Position numbers and translations under genes: made by a program. Positions 36,525 through 49,600 of a stretch of 64,000 nucleotides of DNA are shown here, one piece after another (positions within the stretch are counted from its first letter, which is position 1; every line of letters starts with the position of its first letter). The notes beneath the pieces were generated by a model. It had not been told where the DNA came from, ran no database searches, and saw only the letters and a list, made by a program, of their open reading frames with translations. Source of the DNA: Lytechinus pictus (taxonomy: Eukaryota); the NCBI RefSeq assembly GCF_037042905.1, contig NC_087251.1, positions 17,610,001 through 17,674,000 on the forward strand, given 5' to 3'.

Positions 36525-38990
36525 CATGGGCGGAAATCCCAGGGGGGACAGGGGGGACGTGTCCCCCCTACTCAAAATAGTAGGGGGGGGACACAATATC
36601 AAATGTCCCCCCTACTATTTTTTGTCTTTTATGATGGTAAGAAATACATCATTCTAAATCGAAATAAAACATGTATTTTGGGGACGAGTTGGGACGAGAT
36701 GACCGTACTTTTGGGACGATAACCTTTTTTTTGCTTGTCAAATTTTCCCGCCCCTTGTCCCCATAGGCGGATCCAGGAGGCCGAGGCCCCCCCCCCCCTA
36801 TTGGCGGAGCAAAAAGAGAAAAAAGGGAAAGAAAGAAGGAAAAAGGAAAAAAGGAGGGAAAAGAGAGGAGAAAAAGAAGAGAAGGCGACGAGTGCATAAA
36901 ATAAGATGAAGGGAAGACTTGGAAAATAAAAAGAATCTTTCGTGCCACTATATAAAATGTTCGCTCGCGCTTCGCGCTCGCATTGCCTGTTAGGTGATTT
37001 ACATATCTTGTTCAATATGGAGCTCAAATATCAAGTTTAGAAGTCAATATACAAAGCATATTTTACCTCGGAGATCGAACTTTCATTATTTTATGTGATT
37101 TACAAATTGATTTTTAAAAAGTGCTCTGTAAAAATGTCAGTTTTATGGTCTGAATAATTTTATCAACATTTGCTGCTTGCGCTGCGCGCTCGCAAATTTT
37201 GATTTATCAGGTACCTATTATTTTCGTGTATTCCATAAAGTTTTCAAAATATCCCTTTTCAGGTCTGATTGTCAAGACGTATCAGCTAGCGCTGCACGCT
37301 GGCATTTTGATTGGCGAGTTATGTATGTTTCAATATTGATTATACAACAAACTACTTAAAATCCTCTTTTCATGACGGTTTATCAAAAATTTTAGCTCGC
37401 GATTTGCGCTCGCATTAATGGTTAAAAATAAATTATATTAACTGATGCATCCTATTCATAATTACAAAAGTGAAATTTCCAGTTTTTATGCCATAATATC
37501 ATCAGATTTCGCGCCCTCTTTAGGCATTAATAAATATGATATTAATTTAATAATTAAATTGTCCCTTTTGTTTCATCTCGCGCTTAGCAAGAGGAATAGG
37601 AAGATAGTCATCATTTTCATGACATGTCGTAAGCATGTCCCGGTCCTATGTCAAAACTCAAAGTAATAATAATGACAATTTTAGCTCTTTTTTTTTAAAG
37701 TGCAATCCATATCCACCTTACAATTTTCCTACGAAGTGCTTGAAATATAAAGCGGTAATTGACTCTTTTTTCAGATCGGAATATCAAAGTTTCATGATTT
37801 TCATGATTAAAGATGTATTTAGAATGCCTAGATTATAGGTCTAAATATGAAACACGCGCGCGCATGTTTATTCAAATACTCAACTTGTTCTCTATTTAAA
37901 TCACTATCCAGTTTCAGATCACAATATCAAAATTTTTCTGCTCGCGCTTTGTGCTCGCATTATTAATGTAGGAAGACCCCCTATTACTCATCCTTTTCAT
38001 GATTTACAAAACATTAATTTCAATTGATTTATTTTATTTAAACACGGTAAAAAGCCCTCGATCAGCCTATGGCTGTTTACAAAACATGAACAGAGTGGCC
38101 CATTTTTAGGTCTAAATTTCGATTTTTTTTCTGCTCGCGCTTCGCGCTCGCATCAATTGTTGAATTATATATCTATCCTGTTCACGATTACAAAAATTGA
38201 TTAAAATTTTCCATTCTTTCTTTAGAAATTTTTTGATTGTTGAAATATGTAACGCCTTCATGGCTAAGTGCAAGCAGTCCTTAACAGGTACCTTTTCAAC
38301 AGATACGTATATAAAAAATTTCTGCTCGCGCTTTGCGCTCGCATGATTAATACTCATCTTTTTCATGATTTACAAAACATGAATAGAGTGTCTCGTTCAG
38401 TAAATATTATAGGACTAAATCTCGAAATTTTCCGCTCGCGCTTCGCGCTCGCATCAATTGTCTAATTATATACCTATTCTGCTTGAGTTACAAAAGTGCT
38501 TAGAATTTCCATTCTTTAGGTAAAAATGTCCACAAAAAAAAACAGCTCGCGCTTCGCGCTCGCATTATTTGATTGTTAAATGCTAACTGCACGCAGTCTT
38601 TAACAGTTATCTTTTCCATCAGTTCATTTCTGCTCGCGCTTTGCATTCGTAGTAATTATTAAGTTGCATACAGATTTTTTTCAGGATATCAAACATTGCC
38701 CAGAATGTTCAAATTTTAGGAAAAAATACATAAAATTTCAAAAAATTAGCTCGCGCTTCGGCTTCGCATCATATAAATAAGGATTATGATATTATATATG
38801 AATTTATAAGAATAAAGCTAAAAACTGACTAATGAGGACTACCCCTTCAAAGAAACAAACACAAATCATCTTCGAGCTGCCGATCGGGGAAAATATGGCT
38901 GAAACAAATTTCCGCCCCCCCCCCCCTATTGGCGAAGGCTGGATCCGCCCCTGTGTCCCCCCTACCTTTTGGGAGAGATTTCCGCCCCTG
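36525..38990. mobile_element. hAT-like MITE (host)
   Basis: CCCCCACA|CATGGGCGGAAATC ... GATTTCCGCCCCTG|CCCCCACA (8-bp TSD). Confidence 0.8.
36762..38953. mobile_element. nested MITE with GCTCGCGCTTCGCGCTCGCA array
   Basis: TGTCCC|CATAGGCGGATCCAG ... CTGGATCCGCCCCTG|TGTCCC. More than 10 diverged internal units. Confidence 0.75.
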
Positions 38991-39168
38991 CCCCCACACA
39001 CCCTATTACAAATGGCCCATTTCTGTAATCAAATTTTTGTCTATTTTTATGAACATGCATTAAAAAGGAATAAAATTCCAAATGAATAACTGATAATTCC
39101 CTATCCCTTCCAATTAATGCAAATAAACAAATATCATTATGTGATGCTTCTTAAAAATTTCTTATTAA

Positions 39169-39736
39169 AGGGATGGTCCGGGCTGAAAATATTTATATCC
39201 AAGTAAATAGAGTAAAATTTACAGAACAAAACAAAACGAAGTTATGGAATTTAAGATTATCAATATTTTGTATAAACATTTATATGCACATCATGAATAT
39301 TCATTAGGTGGGCTGATGATGTCTCATCCCCAATTTCCTTTTCCTTATGTTATTACATGAAATCATAAATGTTTCATTTTTTCATATAAGTGTAAAAGAT
39401 GTGTCTCAATTATGATGAAATAAGTTGCGGCAATAAATAACTAATGCACTTAATCAGTTGTCAATCCAATTGTTTTAGTTCTTGGTAGAAATTTTTTGAA
39501 TAAACCTTAATTTCATATAATAAAATACAAAAGAACAATTGGGATATGACATCATCAGCCCACCTAATGAATATTCATAAAGATATGCCTAGAACTGTTT
39601 CACCGGAATAATGCAGATCTTTAAAATTCAATAACTTTGATATTTGTGATCCGATTTTGATCAAATTTTCAGCATTTTGATCTGTGAATTTCACTCTATT
39701 TATTGAGATATAAATATCTCCAGCCTGGACCATATC
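39169..39736. mobile_element. Kolobok-like MITE
   Basis: TTAA|AGGGATGGTCCGGGCTG ... CAGCCTGGACCAT. Inverted ATGAATATTCATTAGGTGGGCTGATGATGTC blocks. Right tip is degenerate. Confidence 0.65.
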
Positions 39737-39997
39737 AAAAATAAATGTTTTTTGGTGAAAGCTAAATCCCAAAGTTCAAAATATGCATAACAATTAGCAA
39801 TAGCTTCACACACAATCATAATCCTGCAAAACATTTATGGTTTTGTTGTCCATAGTTTGGCTTTATTTTAACAAATATATAATTTCTCATATAATACAGT
39901 ACATGTAAGTACAAATCATATGCATACAAATAATTGAAAAACAGCATTCATATTAACATGCAATCAATGTTCCATAAATCAATAAACAAGGAGCTTA

Positions 39998-40379
39998 TGC
40001 TAGGAGTGCACTAGGCGGTGCCAGTTCGCAGCCAGTTGGTGCCAATGCAAAGAGGCTGTGGCACCACCTACTGTTGCTAATAAGGTACCAAGCGGTGTGC
40101 AGTGCCTCAAACTGCCTCCCAACTTGCAAGTGGTGGCACGTAACAGCTCAAAAAATTGAATTTGTCGCGACAAAAAAGTAAAATGTTTGAAATATTCATC
40201 GTGCCAAATTCAATTTTGGGTGACGTTACGCGCCACCACGCGCAAGTTGAGAGGCAGCTTGAGCCACGTACTGCACGCCAGTAGGCACCTTTTTGGTGAA
40301 ACTAGGCATCCAAACGCAAATATTTTTTCTGTAGCCGCTTTGCATTGGAGCGAACTGGGCGCCCATTGGACTCCTAGCA
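39998..40379. mobile_element. PIF/Harbinger-like MITE
   Basis: TTA|TGCTAGGAGTGCA ... TGGACTCCTAGCA|TTA (3-bp TSD). Confidence 0.65.
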
Positions 40380-40498
40380 TTAGATAAAACATTAAAAAAA
40401 GTGTTTGAATAATAAATTGATCAATATTTCATCTCCAATTGATTGAAATTTTGATGAAATCATTACAATGCAGAGATTATAATGTATCAAATTATAAA

Positions 40499-40552
40499 CT
40501 ACACTACTACTACTGTTACCACTACTACTACTGTTACCACTACTACAACTGT

Positions 40553-40593
<41 letters not shown>

Positions 40594-40665
40594 GTACTAC
40601 TACTACTACTAATACTACTACTACCACTACTACCACTACTACCACTACTAATACTACTACCACTA
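40499..40665. repeat. (ACT)n microsatellite
   Basis: Visible trinucleotide run. Confidence 0.95.
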
Positions 40666-42704
40666 GCCCTTCAAACAAAATCCACAGGCAATACATGTCT
40701 GTAAAATGAAATAACAAGGGATCACAGAGCCTATATTCATAATTCATCGTAACATCCTCGTAGTCAAATGAAAATACATGTACATAGATTTGACACAGAA
40801 AAATAGGCTAGAAGCTATTGCAAACAAAAATATGATTTTAGCAGTGGTACGTGGCATGAATCTGTCTCCTGCATGCTGCTGTGGGATGCAATACAGATTG
40901 ACCCTATAAATCACTTCCTACTTGTGATTACCAGTGGTATAATAAGGCTTGCAAAATAAATGGAACCGAACTTGGTATTAAAAATTTTTTAATTGAGTGA
41001 ATGAATATTCCTAAACCAATCATTTGTTGTCTTTTTAACCGTATTGGTGCTTAGTTGACAAAAGATTGCCCCCAAGGTAGCTGGCATATCAGTCCTAGTT
41101 GTTTTGCCCTGACAACCAACAGCATGTTCAGTATCATTACCATCAACAAGTGGTAACCCATTACAGATTAGAGATGCCCCTCAAAAGCTATCTCGGCCAT
41201 TGACCCCTATAGCGTGAAATGTATCCCAAAAGCCTAGTGCTGCTTGCAAAGTGCCTAATTGTGGATGTCTGAGAAAACGCAATCCAAAGCAAAAACAGAA
41301 GCAAGCAAAATATCTTCACCTTCTTCACCTACTGCCCGACAACAAACAGATACGTAAGTTATGCGGCATTTTGATAATTTAAGGAGTATGACAGTCATGA
41401 TGATTTTACAGTCCAAGGATAAGGAGTTGAGAAATGAATGAACGGTATGAGAAATGAATTGTTGACCCATAAGTTTTTGATCAGGGAAAAAATCTTCTTT
41501 TTTTTTCTGGGGCTACTTTTGAGCTCACCAGACCAAATTTGCCACATTGTATTAAAGTTTAAATTTGACCCTATGTAAATTTCAGGGGTTCTTGCTTTCA
41601 TTACTTTTTACAATAAGTTACTTAGGTCAAGTTAATTCCCTGTGCCTTTTTAATGAAAAAAAATGTCAGTTTCGACAGCGTATGTTCACTTTCGCAAAGT
41701 GCGATACACTTGTGGCTTGCCCTGGCATCGTTCAGCATAAAGTACTCACCACTCATTCATATCTTCTTTCATAATAGTGTACTGATTCCATATCAATCAT
41801 GACAAAATTAATATTTTTTTATTTATCTTACCCTTTTGAACAAGCCCAAGTTCATAATTTGATGAGCCAGGATACATCAGGGAAATGTCCCTGCTCAGAT
41901 CTTGGATGGGACAAAATATTAGACAATGCAGAAATAAAGCAGTGCTGCAAACTTGGAATGGACCGCAATACACCATTATATGCAGATCAAAACCGCTGAA
42001 GCGAGACCAATGAAATTTTCATAGAAGTTTGAACATGAAATGGGCTTTCTACTCCTGTGCATTTCATTGACAATAAGCCAGTTCGTAGTTCCTTTATGAT
42101 CAAAAGATTCTGCGCATGATCAGAGGAAGGTCATTGGTACTAAAGTGACATGGTGGTTTAAAATTTAATGAGATGAGCACCAACTTTGATGTCTTGATTA
42201 TTCATAAATTCTTTGAATTGTGTTTTTCATTTACATCCACAAAAAACAAGAATGCATGCACAAACGACTGGTATTTCACAGTTTGCCAAGTACATTGTGC
42301 AACATGCTATAATATGCATTCAAAGTAGAAATGCAACAAATACCTTCATAAAGTGTTCATTGAAGTGCTATTCTAGTCACCTGGTCTATTCAATTTCTTC
42401 ATCCTGCTATGTAAGGCATGCTTACGTAATATCTTGCTTTGAAATCTGCCTATCATAATGAAAGAAATGAAAGGTCATTTGACCAAAATTGTCCATGAAG
42501 TAACTATGAACTGGTCTATACTTCCACATTTTGAGAAATTATTAAGCCAAATGTCAGAGGGACATTTTTTAGGGATGATATTACTCTAGTCTGGCATTGT
42601 ATGGTTTTCCTGTCAAATTTTGATATCCGTACGTACCATTGCACGTTCCATACTGTGTCAATTTTTTTTATAGTTTCTGTTCCATTTTCTTTGTTACAGA
42701 CCCG

Positions 42705-42885
42705 TGGACCATTTCATAAAGCTGTTCGTAAGTTAAGAGCAACTTAAAGAACGACTGGTGATCCTTTCTTGTGGTAAATGATGTTCACCATTATGTTCAT
42801 TGGTGATTATTTAGCGCATAAGTTGGTTCACCAGTCGTTCTTAAAGTCACTTTTAACTTACAAACAGCTTTATGAAACACCCACC
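42705..42885. mobile_element. small MITE
   Basis: TTTCATAAAGCTGTTCGTAAGTTAAGAG...AGAACGACTGGTGA inverted against TCACCAGTCGTTCT...TTAACTTACAAACAGCTTTATGAAA. Confidence 0.7.
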
Positions 42886-44096
42886 AGGTTTCATATAGGT
42901 CATTGCCGATAGAACAGATTGGTTAAACACTTTTCTCTTAAGACAAATTGGCATATTGCTCTTCTTTGAAATTCTTTTACTTGGAGTGCTGATAAAAAAA
43001 AGGAAAATTCGACAAGCAAAAATGAAGTTTCATAACAAAATATAAGTAATTTTGCTTACAGTCATTTTTAAAAACACCTTCCAGAATTCCAAAGGTACGT
43101 GCTCATGCCCATGGAGAATAATACCCGAAGCACCGCCGCTTCCCAGGGTCATGCATATGATAATGCATCAATATTAGGAAGTTTTAATTCATCTTTGGAA
43201 AAGGTAACACTTTGACAAATAGATTTAAATTAAATCAAAAGAACATACTTTAATTCTATGATCGACTTAAATCCCTTTAACGATATTCTCCCGTATCAAT
43301 TCCTTATCAGTATTTCATTTCTCCTTGTAGGATCTGGAGATAAATTCACCTAAAGAATAGGATCCGCCAGGGGGTACGCTATAGTGAACGGACCAAAAAA
43401 GGTCATAGATGCCAGAGAAAGGCAGTACAGTGAGATAATTACGTTTGCAACACCGAGTACAATTCACTATTCTGATTGACCCATGTCGAGTCGGATTCAT
43501 TGAATTAATTAGGACAGTAAGAAGTAGTAGACAAAAAAAAAAGAGAAATTAAAAAGGGGAAAGGAACAGATGGGCTACTACTCCCTACAACATTATCAAC
43601 CCCAGCATTCAGTCAAATTGATTTCTTGCAACCGAAACATAAATGAAGTTTGGCAGGATTGGAGACTACATCCCAGATTACTACAAGGCAAGTAATAAAG
43701 TTATTTACAGTTGGAGCTTTAAGATAGTATAGACTTTAAGACATAGTCTTCTATGATCTTATATCACTTTATTTCAGGAAATGCCACTCGGTCACCTCAA
43801 AAAAAAAAATGAAACCTATCGCGAAGGGTAAAATATGTGCAGAAAGCACACAATACGAGCGTGAAGCAAGAAGTCCCTGCAGCAGGGGTTAGGGCTTGTT
43901 CAAGGGCCCTGGAAGCTAGCTAATACAATCTCTGCCCTATTTTTGGACCATTTCAAAATATTTTTAACACCTTGGTTACTTTTTCAGCAACATATATTCA
44001 TGAAAGCAATTCCACTTCATAAATTAAGACTTGCCAACTTTCACTGAAACCCAAGAAGTAATTAAAAAAAAGAATATTTTTGAACTCTTATTTCTA

Positions 44097-44905
44097 CAGT
44101 GCGTCCCACAAAAAACGAAACCGAGATTTATCATAACTTAATCACAAATACAATAGACAAATGACCTACCATTGTAAAGCTTAGAATCTCCTCTTTCATC
44201 TGAAATTACTTAGATTATTTCTCATTCACGCATGAGTGAGCAAAAACAATTTGAAGAGGGGAGACCAAAAAGTCATTTGGCGGGCTGTATCTGGGTTTCA
44301 AAAAGAAAACCACATTTCTAAAAAGTTCAATATCTGTTCTTTAATTTGATACCTTAATTACAGAAAATGGTCAAGAAAAAAGAAAGTTCTGGTTATTTGA
44401 AATAAGGCTTGAATTTCAATAATTTCATAAAATGAAGAGGTTTTACAGGCTAGCGTTCAAACTCACTCGACACTCCGTTTTGTTGACGATCAGCCATGCA
44501 TGAAGTCTTTTGTTAACCATGCGATAGCTTCTGTGGGAAACCGGTGAAAACACGTTTATTTAATGAAATTATGGAAATACAAGCATTGTTTCGTGGGAAC
44601 GTAACTTTTTTACTTCTTGACCATTTTTTGTGATTAAGGTATCAAATTAAAGAGCCGATATTGAACTTTTTAGGCATGTGATTTTCTTTATAAAATTCAG
44701 ATATCCCCCGCCATATGAGTTTTTGGTATCCTTTCTTCAAATTGTTTTTGCTCACTCATGCGTGAACGAGGAATAATCTAAGTAATATCAGATGAAAGAG
44801 GAGATTCTAAGCTTTACATTGGTAGGTCATTTGTCTATTGTATTTGTGATTAAGTTATGATAAATCATTGCTAAATGTCGGTTTCGTTTTTTCTGGGACG
44901 CACTG
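44097..44905. mobile_element. Tc1/mariner-like MITE with long TIRs
   Basis: TA|CAGTGCGTCCCACAAAAAACGAAACCGA ... TCGGTTTCGTTTTTTCTGGGACGCACTG|TA. Confidence 0.85.
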
Positions 44906-44930
44906 TATAATCACATGTTTACTGAGTTAA

Positions 44931-45525
44931 AGGGGAATCCAGCCTTGGCCATAAAATGTTATGCTGGGAAGGAGAAAAATAAATTAAACAGAATGGTGAA
45001 AGTTTGAAAGAAAAATCGGACAAGCAATAAGAAAGTTATAGCTGCTTTGAAATTGAGAACACTAATAGTATGTAGATTTCAAATAGGCAACTGGGTAAGT
45101 AAATTATGACAAGGGGCAAGGACAACTTTCCCATAGGCCATGTACTTTATTATCAGGGATTTGTGGTTTTCTCTTAAGTACCCATTCCCCTGGGGCAGTA
45201 ATCTAAATAACTAAGGTAGTATATTATTTAATGTCCTCGTGAAAGAAAAATATAATTTGAAATAAAACTTTTGGGAAAAATGACATTTTAGCCATAATAT
45301 GTATTGGAGTACATGGAAGAGTAGTCCTTGCCTTACATCACTATGACATCCCATATGCGGCCAATTTGAAGTCTCCATGAGTATAGCGATTACCAATATT
45401 TACAACTTTTTAAAATGCATTACTTTCTTGTTGTTTGTCTAATATTGTTCAAACTTTCACCTATCAACTTGTCTGATTTTTCTTTTTCTTATAAAAACAA
45501 GTTTTAATTTGGGTTGCATTCCCCT
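44931..45525. mobile_element. Kolobok-like MITE
   Basis: TTAA|AGGGGAATCCAGCC ... GGTTGCATTCCCCT|TTAA. Confidence 0.75.
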
Positions 45526-46619
45526 TTAATCTCCAAAGTCACCCCTTCCACCTCAAAAAAAAAAAAAAGAGAAAGATCATGCATTGAGAGGATTTTTCAT
45601 GTATTTATAAGTGTGGTGTGGGTTGTGTGAATAAAGTATTGGGTACATTATGGGCTTAAATGTGCATATAGTTAGTTTGAATTACTGTTGGATACAATCC
45701 ACAGACATCACACACAATTTACAAAGCACACATACATGTAATGTATTACAATGCATTACAATAGAATAGGTCAGTTCAACTCTCAACACATTAACAAGTG
45801 TTTTGAAAACGCAGAAGTATATAGACAATTAACTTCCAGTTTGATGAGTCTAAATTTGATAGGAATGTATTGGTCATCTATTCAAATATATGATATAAGG
45901 AGGTAATTATCAAATATCATCAAGAGTTTTTGAAAAAAATTATGATAAATGAGAACATGTGAATTTGCAGTAATGGGGCCTTCATTGCCAAACTTCTACC
46001 CAGAGCTTCAGGCAGTCAAAGCGCTGGAGAATCCACTAAGAAACCTGCTGCTGAAATGTTGTCATAAACTGAATGGACGATAGCCTCATCAATTTACATG
46101 GAAATGCATAAAGATTGAGTAAAAGAACCCAACAATAAATGTAATTTCCCCCCTAAAATCATGACTGTTACCAAAGTTATAGTTGGGCTCTGGAAACGGC
46201 AAGTAAAACAGTCATTTTGACTGTTGAGCACATACAAATTTCACACAAGACGGTGGGTGCTCATCCCAGTACTGAAGCGGGTGAATGAAGTGCACCTAGC
46301 TTTAACACATGTATGGACAAATCTAGTCATAGTTATTTTACTATAGATGGTTCCCACTGCACTGTCAAAAAAGTGCATTGAGCCCAAAATAGTGTACCGG
46401 TACTAGTATCTCTCTAGCTCTGTGATCGGACATGAAAATGAAAGAGAGGGGAGGAGAAAGGCGGAATATTCTGACTTTTTCCCGATAGATAGAAAACGGC
46501 AAACGTGAGCAAAAACGGAAATAAGATAGATGACGGGGGAAAATCCGGAATTCCGTATAAAAACGGAAAAGTGGCATCCCTGTTATTTAAAGCAAAATTT
46601 TATATCTTATATTTCATTG

Positions 46620-49600
46620 TAGTAGAGCGGATTAGCTCCAAAAATCACAACAATTGTGCAAATTTTGACTAAAGCATAAAACTTTCACAAGTATTAGTAT
46701 ATGCCGTAAGATTTATTTTAAAGATGGGAGGTAAATTGATAAATGCCATTTTCGGCCGTTGCCATGGCAACGGATTAATTTCTCCAAAATAACATACATT
46801 CCCATGTAAATGGTAAATAAACATGATATAGATGACCAAAATGATAATTTTCAGGCTCCCAATTGAATACATATGAAATTTAGAAATATTCAAGATCATC
46901 AAGATAGTTCCAATTGGTCCGTTGCCATAGCAACGGCTTGTTTTTCCCCAGAAAAATAAACATTTTGATTAAAAAAAGTTGTAGAATATGATATATCTTT
47001 AATTTCCCCTAATTTTACAGTGCTTAACAAAGATATTTTGGTTGCTAAATGTGTAAATTACATCTCAAGCCATTGCCATGGCAACCAAATAACATCTAAT
47101 TTACAAAAATAACATGGTTGTCAAGACCATGGATAGGTGGAAAATACAATTGGAATTGACTTAATCTGTATGCTTTAGTTTTGACCCCCTCATTTGAACA
47201 AAAAATACAAAATTGTTCTGCAGGAGTTCTTTATAAAGATAAAATATTATGTTGCTTTGGAAATGCTTGAATTGAATTAAAAAAGGAACAATTTTACAAA
47301 GGGCCCGTTGCCATGGCAACAGCTTATTTCCCTCTAGAAAGGTAAAAATATTGATAAAAATGTAGAATACATTTACGGTATGATCATCATTCCAGTTTCC
47401 CTAATTTCAAGGTACTAATCGAGATATGTTTGTGACTAAATTTATAAATATAACATCTTAAGCCATTGCCATGGCAACCAAATAACATCTAATTTTTTTA
47501 AAAAGTGGATGATAAGGTTAAAAACAGGTGAAAGATACAATGAATGTTAACTTAATGTGCATTCGTAAGGTCTGACCTACTCAACTAATTTAGGGGAAAA
47601 TAATACAGTCAGTGTTCTGCATGAACTAATTAAAATAATAAACATTGATGTTGCCTTGGTAATACTTGAATTCAACGATAAATATCAATGTTCCAAATGG
47701 TCTGTTGCCATAGCAACGGATCATTTACCCAAGAACTGTAGCAGTTTTGATTTTTTTAAAGGACTGTATAATCTGATTTTTCTTTCATTTCCCTTAACTT
47801 TAGGGTAAGAATAGATATGTTTGCTGTTAACATGCAAATAACATATAAATCCATTGTCATGGCAACCAAGTAACATCTAATTTGAAAAAAAATATATAAC
47901 ATGGTTGACATGATAATGGACAGGTGGAAAATGCAATTTATAACAATTAACTCAAGGTTTGACCCAGTCATTTAATTTTGAACAAAGATTACAATGTTTC
48001 GCATTAGTTCATTAGTATGATGAAATTTGAGGTTGCCTTGGTAATGCTTGAACTTAATGATAAATATCAATGTTGCAAAAAGGCCGTTGCCATGGCAATT
48101 TGATCGAAAAACAGTTTAAAATCTGCATTTTGTCATAAATTTCCCCTAATTTTAGGATGCAAAGCATAGATATGTTTGCTGTTGATGTACAAATAACTTT
48201 AGCCATTGCCATGACAACCAAATAACATCTAATTTCAGTGGCTTAATTTGGTTTCTATGTTTTAAGGGTGAACTAGTACATTGGGACTAGCTACAAGGAC
48301 AACCAGTGGTCTGACGTGTCCAAAACCCTCAGACGGCTTCCAAAAATGGAGTTTGAAATGGCTGTTGATATATAAATGGACATATAGGTCATTTCCTATC
48401 AATCTGAGATATATGATTTTGGTGTCTAGACCATGGTTTCAATGGTCAAATAATACACTATCACAAGTTGAATGGACAGTCAGTTGTCCATTATATAAAA
48501 AAATCCAAGATGGCTTCCAAAAATGGAGTCTAAAATTGCCGTTGCTGCATTAAAAAAGTAGTTTGTTTGATATCCTGGAATATGTTTATGTCATGGTTAA
48601 ATGGGTCAAATAATACATTAGGACAAGTAACAAGGACAGTCAGTGGTCAAGTTTGTCCAAAAATCCAAGGTGGCTTCCAAAAATGGAATAGCTCCTGTTA
48701 CTAACAAATGGACGTATTTCGTGTAATATATGTCAGTAAATACATCATGTACATTTGAACAAGTTACAAGGACAGTCCGTAATCCAGTGTCTCTAAACAT
48801 CCAAGATGGCTTCCGACAATTGGAGTCTAATCGGAGTCTGTTACTTAAAAATTGACATAGTTCATGTAAAATCCACCAAGAAAAAATTATTTTGGTGTTC
48901 ACACTTTGGTTTCAAGGTTTTAAAAATATGTTTAGACTGGTTACAATGATATCCAGTTGTCCATTTTTTCCTAAAAATCCAAGAGGATTTTCAAAATGGC
49001 ATCTAAAATGACTTATATCACTCAGAAATTATCTGAGTTCATACAACATCAACATGTGAGAAACATTTTTGGTGTCTACACTGTGGTATGAAGGGTCCAC
49101 TATTACATTAGGACAAGTAACAAGGATGGTTAGTTATCAATTTTTTCCAAAATCCAAGGTAGATTCTAAAATTACATCAATGGGTGCTGTTGCCAACTCT
49201 TACCTGCTTGCATTTTGAATGTAGGCACCAAAATTATTTCTCACAAGTGGATATTACATCCACTTCAAAGTAACAGTTGTCATTTTAGAACCCATTTATG
49301 GAAGCCATCTTGGATTTTCAGGCAAAATGGACAATTGTAATCAGTCCCAAAGTATAATTTGATCCTTGAAACCCTAGTGTAGACACCAAAATAATATCAC
49401 CAGGTGTATTTTTGATGTACTATGTCCATTTTTTAGTAACATTATAACCCCCATTTTTCAAGCCATCTTTGAATTTATTGACACAATAATGACACCTGAC
49501 TGTCCTTTCAACTTGACCAAATGTACAGTATTACCATTTAAATACTAGTGTAGACACCAAAATCATATCCCCATAGTATATTATTAATGAACTATATTAT

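Noticed and set aside
40482..40747. poly-Thr mucin-like ORF
   Set aside because: (ACT)n microsatellite.
43315..43500. 61-aa ORF on the - strand
   Set aside because: No recognisable domain or splice partners.
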